A stretch of 22,507 nucleotides of DNA from Candidatus Hadarchaeales archaeon. Lineage in GTDB: Archaea; Hadarchaeota; Hadarchaeia; Hadarchaeales; WYZ-LMO6. Made by a program: the position numbers and the translations under genes. The notes under the pieces were generated by a model, which saw nothing but the letters and a program-made list of their open reading frames with translations, was not told where the DNA came from and ran no database searches. Below, in pieces: positions 10,572 through 18,004 of the stretch. The stretch's first letter is position 1. The number at the start of each line of letters is the position of its first letter. The stretch covers positions 1 through 22,507 of the forward strand of contig JAWCKR010000021.1 of NCBI GenBank assembly GCA_038851755.1, in the 5' to 3' direction.

Positions 10572-10721
10572 ATGTGCCCAGAGGAAGGCACAATCGTTGA
10601 GGCACCTTCTTGGCCAGAACCTGTCGAGATAGAGAAAATCGAGGATTTAGGCAGTGTTCGCATAGTGGGTGCGATGATTTACTCTGACAGAATCCTGGTT
10701 TTCACGCTCCATATCCAATAG
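10572..10721 (+). pseudogene. N-terminal remnant of an SNF2-type (DUF3883-associated) helicase
   Basis: Manual translation MCPEEGTIVEAPSWPEPVEIEKIEDLGSVRIVGAMIYS... resembles, from memory, the G.IVEGPFWPEPVEI..IE..G...IVG N-terminus of these helicases; low GC; stops after 49 aa. Confidence 0.55.
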
Positions 10722-10795
10722 ATATTGGAGCATCATAGTAGCAGTTCTGACAGCTTCCGACAGGGCTTATCTCTTCTTTCCTCCACCCTTAGAGG

Positions 10796-11554
10796 ATGGG
10801 AAGGAGCTTGGTGATTCTCTCGGGTGTTCTCGTGGGTGTGGCCCTGGCCTTCTTGGCCTTCCAGCTTCTCAGCCAGGTCCTTCCCTACTTTCTCTACCAG
10901 CCTCCTCCCCTCCCCCCCACCGTCAGGGAGGAGAACGGCTACTACGTGGTCCACTACCAGTGGAGGTACCCGCAGGGTCTGAGGGGGAAGACCTGGACCT
11001 ACGACACCAGGATCAACGTGGAGGCGTACAAGTGGTTCAGGAACAGGCCCAGGGTCAGGGACTACAGGGAATACGTGGACAACCCGGCCGACGACCAGTG
11101 GATCTCCCACCTGGCGGGCCTGCTGGAGAACGCGGCCAGGGGGGAGGGATGGGGTGAGTTCGAGACCCTCAGCTTCGTCCTCTCCTTCGTGCAGGGCTGG
11201 CCCTACACCGTGGATGACGTCACCACCGGTTACGACGAGTATCCCCGTTATCCCATCGAGACCATCGTGGACGGGGGAGGGGACTGCGAGGACACCTCCA
11301 TCCTCTTCGCCTCCCTAGTGAGGGCCATGGGATACGACGTGGTACTCCTCTACCTGGAGCAGGACAGGCACATGGCCGTGGGCGTGGCCATCTCCCGGAG
11401 CGTGGTGGAGGGGTGGAACAAGAGCTATCCCCTCACCTACTATACCTCCAACGGGAAGATCTACGCCTACTGCGAGACCACCGGAGAGGGCTGGGAGCTG
11501 GGGCACAAGCCCGAGCAGCTGAAGAGCACCACCGCCCGTCTGGTGGAGGTCTGA
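10796..11554 (+). CDS. Membrane-anchored transglutaminase-like cysteine protease
   Basis: N-terminal TM helix, Pro linker, EYPRYPIET..DGGGDCEDTSILFASL, HMAVGV, YCETT. Confidence 0.8.
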   Translation: MGRSLVILSGVLVGVALAFLAFQLLSQVLPYFLYQPPPLPPTVREENGYYVVHYQWRYPQGLRGKTWTYDTRINVEAYKWFRNRPRVRDYREYVDNPADDQWISHLAGLLENAARGEGWGEFETLSFVLSFVQGWPYTVDDVTTGYDEYPRYPIETIVDGGGDCEDTSILFASLVRAMGYDVVLLYLEQDRHMAVGVAISRSVVEGWNKSYPLTYYTSNGKIYAYCETTGEGWELGHKPEQLKSTTARLVEV

Positions 11555-11584
11555 GCACCACTCGGTGCGGTGCAGGTTGAATAC

Positions 11585-12973
11585 CTAGAGCAGGATGGGC
11601 TTTCCCCTCTCCGGGCAGATTACCTCCGTGCTCGTCTTTCCCAAGAACTTCTTGAAAAGCGCGGGTCGCTCGCAGTGGACCACCACGACCTTCTTCGGGG
11701 AGAGGCGCTCCACCATCTCCGCCAGTTCGAGGGAGCTGGCGTGCCCGGAAGCGTGGATGTGGAACATGGGCATGCCCAGGAACTCCAGCCAGTTCGCCAG
11801 CTTCTCGAACTCTATCTCCCCTTCCTCGTCCCAGGGCTCGCTCTCGGAGTAGATGAAGATCGAGCCGGGTTTAGGTTTGATGCTCAGGAGCTCCAGCATG
11901 TCGTAGTAGGTGGCGAAGAGTAGCACCTCCTCCTGGTGCTCCGAGACCCAGGAGCTGTCCACCGTTTCGTAGGTCTTCAGCTTCTGTTCCCAGTCGGACG
12001 TCGACTCCTTCCTCCTCCTGTAGATCTTCACCCCAAGGTCTCCGAGCTTGAAGGGTAAGTCCACGAGTTCGGCCTCCACTTCCGGCCTGACAAACTCCAG
12101 CAGGGCGGCCTGCCTCATGGAGAGCACGAGTTTCCTTCCGTTATCCCTGGCCACCTGGGAGAAGGTCCTCATGCGGTCGATGTCCATGCTGGAAAAGCTG
12201 GCCGCCACCAGCCCCCTGGCCTTTTCCACGACTTTCTCCGCCTTCTCCCTTACTTCTCCCTCGCTGGAGGGCCTGGACTCGAGCACGTTGGTGCCCTCCG
12301 TGATCAGCACCTCGCATCCCTCGGCTTTCTTGAGGAACTCCTCGGAGAACTCTTTCTTGGGTCCGTGAAACCTGATATCTCCGGTGTAGGCTACTCCGCC
12401 TTCGGGCCCGTGGAGGATGAACCCGTAGGAGGCCAGCATGGAGTGGTCCACGTGCACGGGATTCACCTCGAACTCCCCCACCTGCACTTTCCTTCCGGTC
12501 CTGAAGTTCTTCAAGTTAGGGCGGAGCACGCAGACACAGTCGTAGAGGGCGGCGGCCCCATCCTCGAATTTCGCCAGTCTTTCCTCCGCACTTTTCTTAC
12601 TCGTGATCTCCCTGGCCAGGATGACGCGCCAAGTCCCATCCCCCGCCCATATGGGTATCTCCTCCCTGAGGTACCTCACATAGTCCATGTGGTCCAGGTG
12701 GGCGTGGGAGAGCAGGACGCCGGAGATTTCTGGTTCTCCCCTGTCGTTCCCTACCCTCCCCTCCTCCCAGCGGTAGAGGCCTGGCACGCGGGGAAGGAGG
12801 CCGAGCTCGTGGAGCTGCTGGGGCTTCCTCGCGGTGAGGTACGGATCCTCGAAGTACCTTCCCTCCCTGGCAAAGTTCTTCCCGAAATCTAGGAAGACCT
12901 TGCTCTCCCTCCCCTCCAGCAGGATCTGGTTCCCCCCTATCTCCCACGTGCCTCCGAAGACGGTGATTTTCAC
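11585..12973 (-). CDS. beta-CASP metallo-beta-lactamase nuclease (RNase J-like)
   Basis: GTG start with GGAGG; GGTWEIGGN, DFG, SHAHLDH, VDHS, YTGDIRFHG, EGT, HASGH, VHCE. Confidence 0.85.
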   Translation of the reverse strand: MKITVFGGTWEIGGNQILLEGRESKVFLDFGKNFAREGRYFEDPYLTARKPQQLHELGLLPRVPGLYRWEEGRVGNDRGEPEISGVLLSHAHLDHMDYVRYLREEIPIWAGDGTWRVILAREITSKKSAEERLAKFEDGAAALYDCVCVLRPNLKNFRTGRKVQVGEFEVNPVHVDHSMLASYGFILHGPEGGVAYTGDIRFHGPKKEFSEEFLKKAEGCEVLITEGTNVLESRPSSEGEVREKAEKVVEKARGLVAASFSSMDIDRMRTFSQVARDNGRKLVLSMRQAALLEFVRPEVEAELVDLPFKLGDLGVKIYRRRKESTSDWEQKLKTYETVDSSWVSEHQEEVLLFATYYDMLELLSIKPKPGSIFIYSESEPWDEEGEIEFEKLANWLEFLGMPMFHIHASGHASSLELAEMVERLSPKKVVVVHCERPALFKKFLGKTSTEVICPERGKPILL

Positions 12974-12985
12974 GGCCCTCCACAA

Positions 12986-13001
12986 GAAAAGGGTGCGGGG
13001 G
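12986..13001 (-). repeat. Inverted copy of tRNA-Leu 3' end
   Basis: Minus strand CCCCCGCACCCTTTTC versus plus strand 10480-10495 CCCCCGCACCATTTTC (15/16). Confidence 0.7.
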
Positions 13002-13030
13002 CCCAAAAAGATGGCGGCAACAGTTTTCCC

Positions 13031-13579
13031 TCAGGCGGAGAGGTTTTCCACCCCCCTCATCACCCCCCTGGTCTCCAGGATGGTGACGAAGGCCCTGGGA
13101 TCCACCTGATCGATGAAACGCAGGAGCTTGGAGAGTTCCCTGCGCGGTATGACGATTTGGTAGATGGTCCTGGGCCCCTCCCTTCCCCTGGCCTCCAGGG
13201 AGGTGAGGGGGAAGCCGCTGGAGAGGAGCCTCTCCCTCAGCTCCTCCTCCTTCTCCACCGAGATGATCTGGACGGTGGCGTATCCCCTGGCCATCCTCTC
13301 CTCCACCTCTATCCCCAGGAAGGTCCCGGCGGCCCACCCCGTCAGAAAGGCGGCGGCCTTCAGCACGGCGACCAGGTCGAAGGGTCCGGAGAGGAGGTCG
13401 CCCATCACCACGCAGAAGGCCACGAACCAGACCGTGGTCTCCGCCAGGCTCAGCAGGCTGGCCCCTGCCCTTCTCCCCCTCACCATCAGGATCTCCCTCA
13501 CGGTGTAGAGGATGCTCTGGAGCAGGCGCGCCAGGAAGATCGCCGCCACCCCCGCCGCGGTCAACCAGAGTCCGGCCAT
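13031..13579 (-). CDS. DUF2179/UPF0316 (YebE-like) membrane protein
   Basis: IFLAR...LYTVR.ILMVRG...SLAETTVW, GWAAGTFLGIEVEERMARG, G..LT...GREG, I..VDP.AF; start ATG 13579 with minus-strand CTTAAA about 26 nt upstream. Confidence 0.85.
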   Translation of the reverse strand: MAGLWLTAAGVAAIFLARLLQSILYTVREILMVRGRRAGASLLSLAETTVWFVAFCVVMGDLLSGPFDLVAVLKAAAFLTGWAAGTFLGIEVEERMARGYATVQIISVEKEEELRERLLSSGFPLTSLEARGREGPRTIYQIVIPRRELSKLLRFIDQVDPRAFVTILETRGVMRGVENLSA

Positions 13580-13662
13580 CTCGCCTCTCTCCTTGCTTTT
13601 CCCCTTTAAGTTAGTGGGCCCCCTGCGGAACACCCTTTAAGGCGGAGTTTCCATTCCCCTAT

Positions 13663-14526
13663 GTGCGACCGCCCGAGAGGATAACCCTGGTCTCCATAGC
13701 CCTCACCACGGGGCTGGGTCTGGTGGAGGTGGGTCTCTGGTCGGTCTTCGGCTTTCTCGTCTTCCTGGCAGCGGGACTCGACGCCCTCTTCGACACCTTC
13801 ACCTCCGTGTGCGTGTTCGGGGGCCTGAGGGTCTCCAGGCGCCCCGCCGACCGGAACCACCAGTACGGCCACGGGCAGGCGGAAATGCTGGTCTCCCTCC
13901 TCCTCTCCTGCGTCCTGATTTTGGCGGCCCTGAGGATCATCCTGCTTTCCCTGCGGGCTGGCGAGCCGGAGGAGCCACCGGTGTGGCTTTTCCCGGTGGC
14001 GGGTGCCACCGTTCCGGCTTTCCTGGTCCTGGGTGCCGGTAAGCTCAGGGTGGGGAGGAGGTGGGGGAACCCGTCGGTGGTGGCTGACGGCTACCACACC
14101 CTCTCCGACGCCCTGGCCTCCACGCTGGTCCTGGCAGCCCTGGTCTCGGTGAGGGCGGGCTGGGGGTGGATGGACGCCCTCGCTTCCTTCCTCATTTCCC
14201 TCCTCCTGATGTACTGGGGAGTCTGCGTGGGGAGGGAGGCGGTGGGTTCCCTGATGGGGGTGGCCCCCAAGGGCTTCGCCTCCGAGGTCAGGAGGGCCTG
14301 TTTGGGTGTGAGGGGGGTGAGGAGCTACCACCGCTGCAGGGCCAGGAGGGTGGGTTCCAGGATCCAGGCGGACCTCCACCTTCAGGTGGACCCCTCCCTG
14401 AGCGTGGGGAAAGCGCATGAAGTGGCGAGCAGGGTGGAGCGGAGGTTGAGGCGCAGGGTGCCCGAGCTCTCCTCCGTGGTGGTGCACGTGGAGCCCTCCA
14501 ACGAGAAACCGCGCAGGAGGAGGTGA
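13663..14526 (+). CDS. Cation diffusion facilitator (FieF-like) transporter
   Basis: DALFD, PAD.NHQYGHG..E, ADGYHTLSD, DLHLQVDP.LSV..AH, VVVHVEP. Confidence 0.92.
   Translation: MRPPERITLVSIALTTGLGLVEVGLWSVFGFLVFLAAGLDALFDTFTSVCVFGGLRVSRRPADRNHQYGHGQAEMLVSLLLSCVLILAALRIILLSLRAGEPEEPPVWLFPVAGATVPAFLVLGAGKLRVGRRWGNPSVVADGYHTLSDALASTLVLAALVSVRAGWGWMDALASFLISLLLMYWGVCVGREAVGSLMGVAPKGFASEVRRACLGVRGVRSYHRCRARRVGSRIQADLHLQVDPSLSVGKAHEVASRVERRLRRRVPELSSVVVHVEPSNEKPRRRR
14477..14507 (+). repeat. Direct repeat copy 1 (near 3' end of CDF gene)
   Basis: TGGTGGTGCACGTGGAGCCCTCCAACGAGAA, identical to 16039-16069. Confidence 0.95.
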
Positions 14527-14664
14527 GACCCTGGGCTCACAGGTCGGTTCGGGGGGAAGGAGTTCCTGGAGGGGTCCGTCGCACAGGAGGACAATCCCAC
14601 ACGTGCTTCAAGATACACCGGAAGCACTAGGCAAGCTGATTTCTAAGCTGGGGATATATCCTGG

Positions 14665-15921
14665 CTACTCCGTTTCTGACCGGAGGAGTTCCCTCTCGAG
14701 GGCATAGACAGGTACCACTTTGACCCTTCCGAAATCCTCTTCCCGCCCCCATGAGACGAGCAACCCCCTTCTTGCCCCCAGCCTTTCCACCCTTTCCGAG
14801 AACTCCTTCGCCTCCCTTTCCCCCGCGCTTTCCTTCACCTCCACGGGCAGCACTTCCCCGTTCGTCAGGATCACGTCTATCTCTTCCTTCCTCTCCCGGT
14901 AGTAGTACTTGGGCCTGAGAACCGAGACCACATAGGTTTCAAGAACCGCGCCAATCTTGGTTTCGAAATCCCTCCTTGAGCAGGCGAAGATCATGGAGGG
15001 TGTGGCTGGGTAGTACCGCTTGAGCTTCCTTGAACCCGAAAGGGAGGAGGTTCTGAAGTTCGAGAGGGATCTAACCAGCAGGGAGAGCTCGAGGAAGCGG
15101 AGGTAGTGGGAGATGGTGACCCTGCTCCTTCCAAGGTCTCTCGAGAGATTGTTCACGTTGATGGTCAGTCCGGGGGAGGAGAGGACGAGCCTGAGCAGTT
15201 GCTCGGCCAAGACGGCGTCTCTCCCTCCCGAGAGGAGGGGAAGGTCGCGGAACACTACCCTGTCCACCACCGAGCTCCTCACGTACTCGGCAATCCTGTT
15301 CTCGTCCTCCCAGCCCGCCAGCTCTGGAAAGCCGGACTTCCTCAGGTAATCCTGAAAATAGGCCTCCACCCTCCTCTGCTCGGTCGTCTGCAGCCCCCTG
15401 AGTTCAAGAAACTCCGAGAAGAGAAGGGGCCCGAGCTCGACGGTGAAGAACCTCCCCGCCAGCTTTTCCATCGCCTCCTTCGAAAGCGGCAGGGCGGAGG
15501 AGCCGGAGAGGATGAACTTCAGGTTTGGGTAAAGATCGTAGAAGCGCTTGACGGTCGAGGCCCAGCCCGGCGCGTACTGCACCTCGTCCAGGAAGATGTA
15601 AACCCTTCCCGCCTCCTCGAAGGGTTTCGCGAGGATCCTCTTCTCGTAAAATCCCAGAACCTCAGCAGGGTCCCTGAACTCTTCGTCGAAGGAGAAGTAC
15701 AGGATGTTGGAAGGCGGGACCTTCTCCAGCAGCCCCTCTATCGTCTGGTAGAGAAGCGTGCTCTTCCCAACCCTCCTGGGTCCGACCAGGAGGAGGGCCT
15801 GCCTTTCCCGCAGGGTCCCTGCCAGCCTTTTGAACGCATACCTTTTGAAGGGCGGGGCCAGTTCTTTCCTAACCTTTCCCGTGAACCACCACTCGTTGAA
15901 CCTCTCTAAGGTTTCTTTCAC
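14665..15921 (-). CDS. AAA_14 ATPase with DUF4143, HTH and C-terminal PD-(D/E)xK nuclease-like domain
   Basis: N-terminal NEWW, Walker A GPRRVGKS, Walker B IFLDEVQ, SGSS, GFPE, KLKRYY, EIDVI...PVEVK. Confidence 0.9.
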   Translation of the reverse strand: MKETLERFNEWWFTGKVRKELAPPFKRYAFKRLAGTLRERQALLLVGPRRVGKSTLLYQTIEGLLEKVPPSNILYFSFDEEFRDPAEVLGFYEKRILAKPFEEAGRVYIFLDEVQYAPGWASTVKRFYDLYPNLKFILSGSSALPLSKEAMEKLAGRFFTVELGPLLFSEFLELRGLQTTEQRRVEAYFQDYLRKSGFPELAGWEDENRIAEYVRSSVVDRVVFRDLPLLSGGRDAVLAEQLLRLVLSSPGLTINVNNLSRDLGRSRVTISHYLRFLELSLLVRSLSNFRTSSLSGSRKLKRYYPATPSMIFACSRRDFETKIGAVLETYVVSVLRPKYYYRERKEEIDVILTNGEVLPVEVKESAGEREAKEFSERVERLGARRGLLVSWGREEDFGRVKVVPVYALERELLRSETE

Positions 15922-15951
15922 ATTGGTATAGTAGAATTAACCAATATTTAA
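15922..15951 (-). promoter_or_regulatory. Promoter of AAA_14 gene with inverted repeat between TATA and start
   Basis: Minus-strand TTAAATA at 15951-15945; ATTGGT(15922-27)...ACCAAT(15940-45). Confidence 0.5.
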
Positions 15952-16038
15952 CTTTTAGGTTAAGTGAAGAAGAAATAGTGGGAGTCGTGAGAGGCGAAGG
16001 GGCAGGATGAATTTTCTAAAGGGGAGGGCAGAGTAACA

Positions 16039-16069
16039 TGGTGGTGCACGTGGAGCCCTCCAACGAGAA
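16039..16069 (+). repeat. Direct repeat copy 2 of CDF 3' end
   Basis: Identical 31-mer; continues in the CDF frame as VVHVEPSNEKRGGRKG* with stop at 16089-16091. Confidence 0.95.
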
Positions 16070-16087
16070 GCGCGGGGGGAGAAAGGG

Positions 16088-16480
16088 ATGAGGTTCAGCG
16101 GGAAGGAAAGGGAGTTCCTCGAAAGGAACGAGGTCTGCAGGCTCGCCACCGCCGGGAGGGACGGCCTTCCCCACGTGGTGCCCGTCTGCTACCTCTTCCG
16201 CGGCGGAACCTTCTATGTGGCCACCGACTACGGGACGAGGAAGTACAGGAACGTGAGGGAGAACCCCAGGGCGGCGCTGGTGGTGGACACCTACAGGCCT
16301 CACCGGGCCGTGGTCGTGTGGGGCAGGGTGGAGGTGCTGGAGAGGGGGGAGGAGTTCAGGAGGATCAGGGAGGAGTTCTACCGGAGGTTCGACTGGGCGA
16401 GGAAGGATCCGTGGGAGGAGGGGGAGGCACCCATCCTGAAGCTCGTTCCGGAGAGGAAGGTGAGCTGGGGTCTGGGCTAG
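16088..16480 (+). CDS. Pyridoxamine 5'-phosphate oxidase-like (PPOX/F420-binding split barrel) protein
   Basis: CRLAT...G.PHVVPV, TRKYRNVRENPRAALVVD, VVVWGRVE, SWGL. Confidence 0.88.
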   Translation: MRFSGKEREFLERNEVCRLATAGRDGLPHVVPVCYLFRGGTFYVATDYGTRKYRNVRENPRAALVVDTYRPHRAVVVWGRVEVLERGEEFRRIREEFYRRFDWARKDPWEEGEAPILKLVPERKVSWGLG

Positions 16481-17205
16481 GCCTTCCTCACTTCCTTCCC
16501 GCAGGAGGGGCAGAAGCGGGCTCCCTCAACTCCCAGGGGGGAGCCGCAGAAGGGGCAGTATTTCGGGCCTTTCACGGCCCCTGGTTTTTCCTCCACGGCC
16601 TTGGCTATCCTCTTCAGGTAGGGGGCCTCGGCATACTCCTCCTGGTGCTTGAAGATGAGGTCCTTGACCTCAAAGGGTTCCTTGACCCCGTACAGGCAGG
16701 TGGAGGGGGAGGCGGAAGGAGCGACCTCCCCCACGATGGGTCCTCCCACCACTATCGGACCCGTAGTCCTCCCGCCCCATCCTCCCCCCATCTGCCATCC
16801 CCTCATCTCGGTCCCCAACCCCGACTTGGTGATCGGGATCACGTTCCCGAAGCCGAACAGGCGACCCACGATCCCCTGGTCCACCACCACATCCGATAGG
16901 TCGTCGTACTGGATTTGCCGGGAGGAGATGGTGATGAACTTCCGGTAGAGGAGGATCCTCTTGCTCGTGAGGTAGTAGGTGAAGGCCCCGCTGTAGAGGA
17001 AGGAGGCCACGAATCCCAGGACACCCATGGCCGTGAGGAAGAGGCCCACCGGAAGGAAGAAGGGGAGGAAAGCCACCCCCACTGCCGTGAGCACCCCCAT
17101 TCCCAGGAAGAGCCAGAGGAAGGCCAGGCGCTCGGGCCTGAGGACCCTCAGCACCTTCTCGTCCGGGAGGGTGGAGAAGACCTTGGGCAGGATCTGCTCT
17201 CCCAC
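16477..17205 (-). CDS. Membrane protein with bacterial PH (bPH_2) domain and C-terminal zinc ribbon
   Basis: Two TM helices, YYLTSKRI...I.YDDLSDVVVDQGIVGRLFGFGNV, CPFCG...FCPSCG. Confidence 0.8.
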   Translation of the reverse strand: MGEQILPKVFSTLPDEKVLRVLRPERLAFLWLFLGMGVLTAVGVAFLPFFLPVGLFLTAMGVLGFVASFLYSGAFTYYLTSKRILLYRKFITISSRQIQYDDLSDVVVDQGIVGRLFGFGNVIPITKSGLGTEMRGWQMGGGWGGRTTGPIVVGGPIVGEVAPSASPSTCLYGVKEPFEVKDLIFKHQEEYAEAPYLKRIAKAVEEKPGAVKGPKYCPFCGSPLGVEGARFCPSCGKEVRKA

Positions 17206-17230
17206 ACCTATCCTCGCTCACCGGATTAAA

Positions 17231-17337
17231 ATAGCGTGCCGGAAGGCCGAGGGACCTGCAGAGGCTTACGGAGAGGGTGGAGAACTCGTCGCAGACCCCA
17301 ACCCCACCTCCAGCACCTGCGCGTCGGTGAGCCTCAT
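17231..17337 (-). pseudogene. Frameshifted fragment of a transglutaminase-like core
   Basis: MRLTDAQVLEVG then, in a shifted frame, GVCDEFSTLSVSLCRSLGLPARY, matching G.C.EF..L...LCR..G.PAR. Confidence 0.6.
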
Positions 17338-17396
17338 CCCATGCCCACGGTCTCTTTCTTTTGGGTTTGAGATAAATAGCCCAGGGGCCGGTTAAC

Positions 17397-17798
17397 ATGG
17401 AGGGAGGGATGCTCCGGGTGGTGATGGAGGGGAGGCTGCTGGAGGAGCTGCTGGAGAGCGCCCGCAGACTCCATCCCAGGGAAACCCTCCTCCTGCTGAG
17501 GGGGAGGAGGAAGAGGGGGGAGGTGGAGATCACCGAGTTCCTCCTCCCGCCCTTCTCCGCCAGGGGGAAGGACTTCGCCTCCTTCCCCGTCCACGCCCTA
17601 CCCCTCGACCCTTCTCTGGTGGGGACCGCCCACTCCCACCCCTCGGGGGACCTCTTCCCCTCCGTCACCGACCTCAACCGCTTCTTCGGCAGGGTGATGG
17701 TGATTCTGGGTTTTCCCTACCGGGACGAGGGTAACGTGGCGGTCTACGACGGGGAAGGGAGGAGGCTGGAGCTGGAGTTGAGGAGGGAGGAAAGATGA
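17397..17798 (+). CDS. JAMM/MPN+ (Mov34) metalloprotease
   Basis: HPRE...LLRG, GTAHSHPSGDLFPSVTDL (HxH-x7-S-x2-D); GATAAATA about 20-26 nt upstream. Confidence 0.9.
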   Translation: MEGGMLRVVMEGRLLEELLESARRLHPRETLLLLRGRRKRGEVEITEFLLPPFSARGKDFASFPVHALPLDPSLVGTAHSHPSGDLFPSVTDLNRFFGRVMVILGFPYRDEGNVAVYDGEGRRLELELRREER

Positions 17799-18004
17799 GG
17801 TATGAGGTCGAGGTCAGGTTCCACGCGGACTTCGTCAGGGTGGAGGGAGAGAAAATTGTGGTGGGGCTGACCTCCAGGCCGGAGGGAGGAAGGGCGAACC
17901 TGGAGCTCGTGAAGAAGCTCGCCAGGCACTTCCGCGTTCCCCAGACGCAGGTGAGGATCGTGGCGGGCTGGACCTCAAAAAGGAAAGTGGTTGAGATAGG
18001 GTAG
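17795..18004 (+). CDS. DUF167 (YggU/UPF0235) protein
   Basis: P..GRAN.ELVK.LA.HF.VP...V.IVAG.TS..KVVEI; ATGA-coupled to JAMM. Confidence 0.88.
   Translation: MRYEVEVRFHADFVRVEGEKIVVGLTSRPEGGRANLELVKKLARHFRVPQTQVRIVAGWTSKRKVVEIG

Larger units (their letters stand above)
14508..16069. mobile_element. Putative single-gene mini-island (AAA_14-DUF4143) with target duplication; no recombinase gene
   Basis: 31-bp perfect direct repeats flank a lower-GC opposite-strand gene. Confidence 0.65.

Noticed and set aside
10906-10921. TCCCCTCCCCCCCACC resembling the tRNA 3' end as a direct att repeat
   Set aside because: Lies inside a Pro-rich coding linker (PPPLPPT); low complexity explains it
4619-14616. 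Short colinear matches (GACCCT, CAGGT, CAAGATAC) between the non-coding parts of the TA cassette (4619-4721) and the AAA cassette (14527-14616)
   Set aside because: Longest exact match is 8 nt and the segments lie at opposite ends of their cassettes; too weak to call a shared element end without a statistical test
17795-18004. DUF167 protein as a ubiquitin-like JAMM substrate
   Set aside because: Ends in EIG, not GG, and matches YggU rather than beta-grasp SAMP patterns
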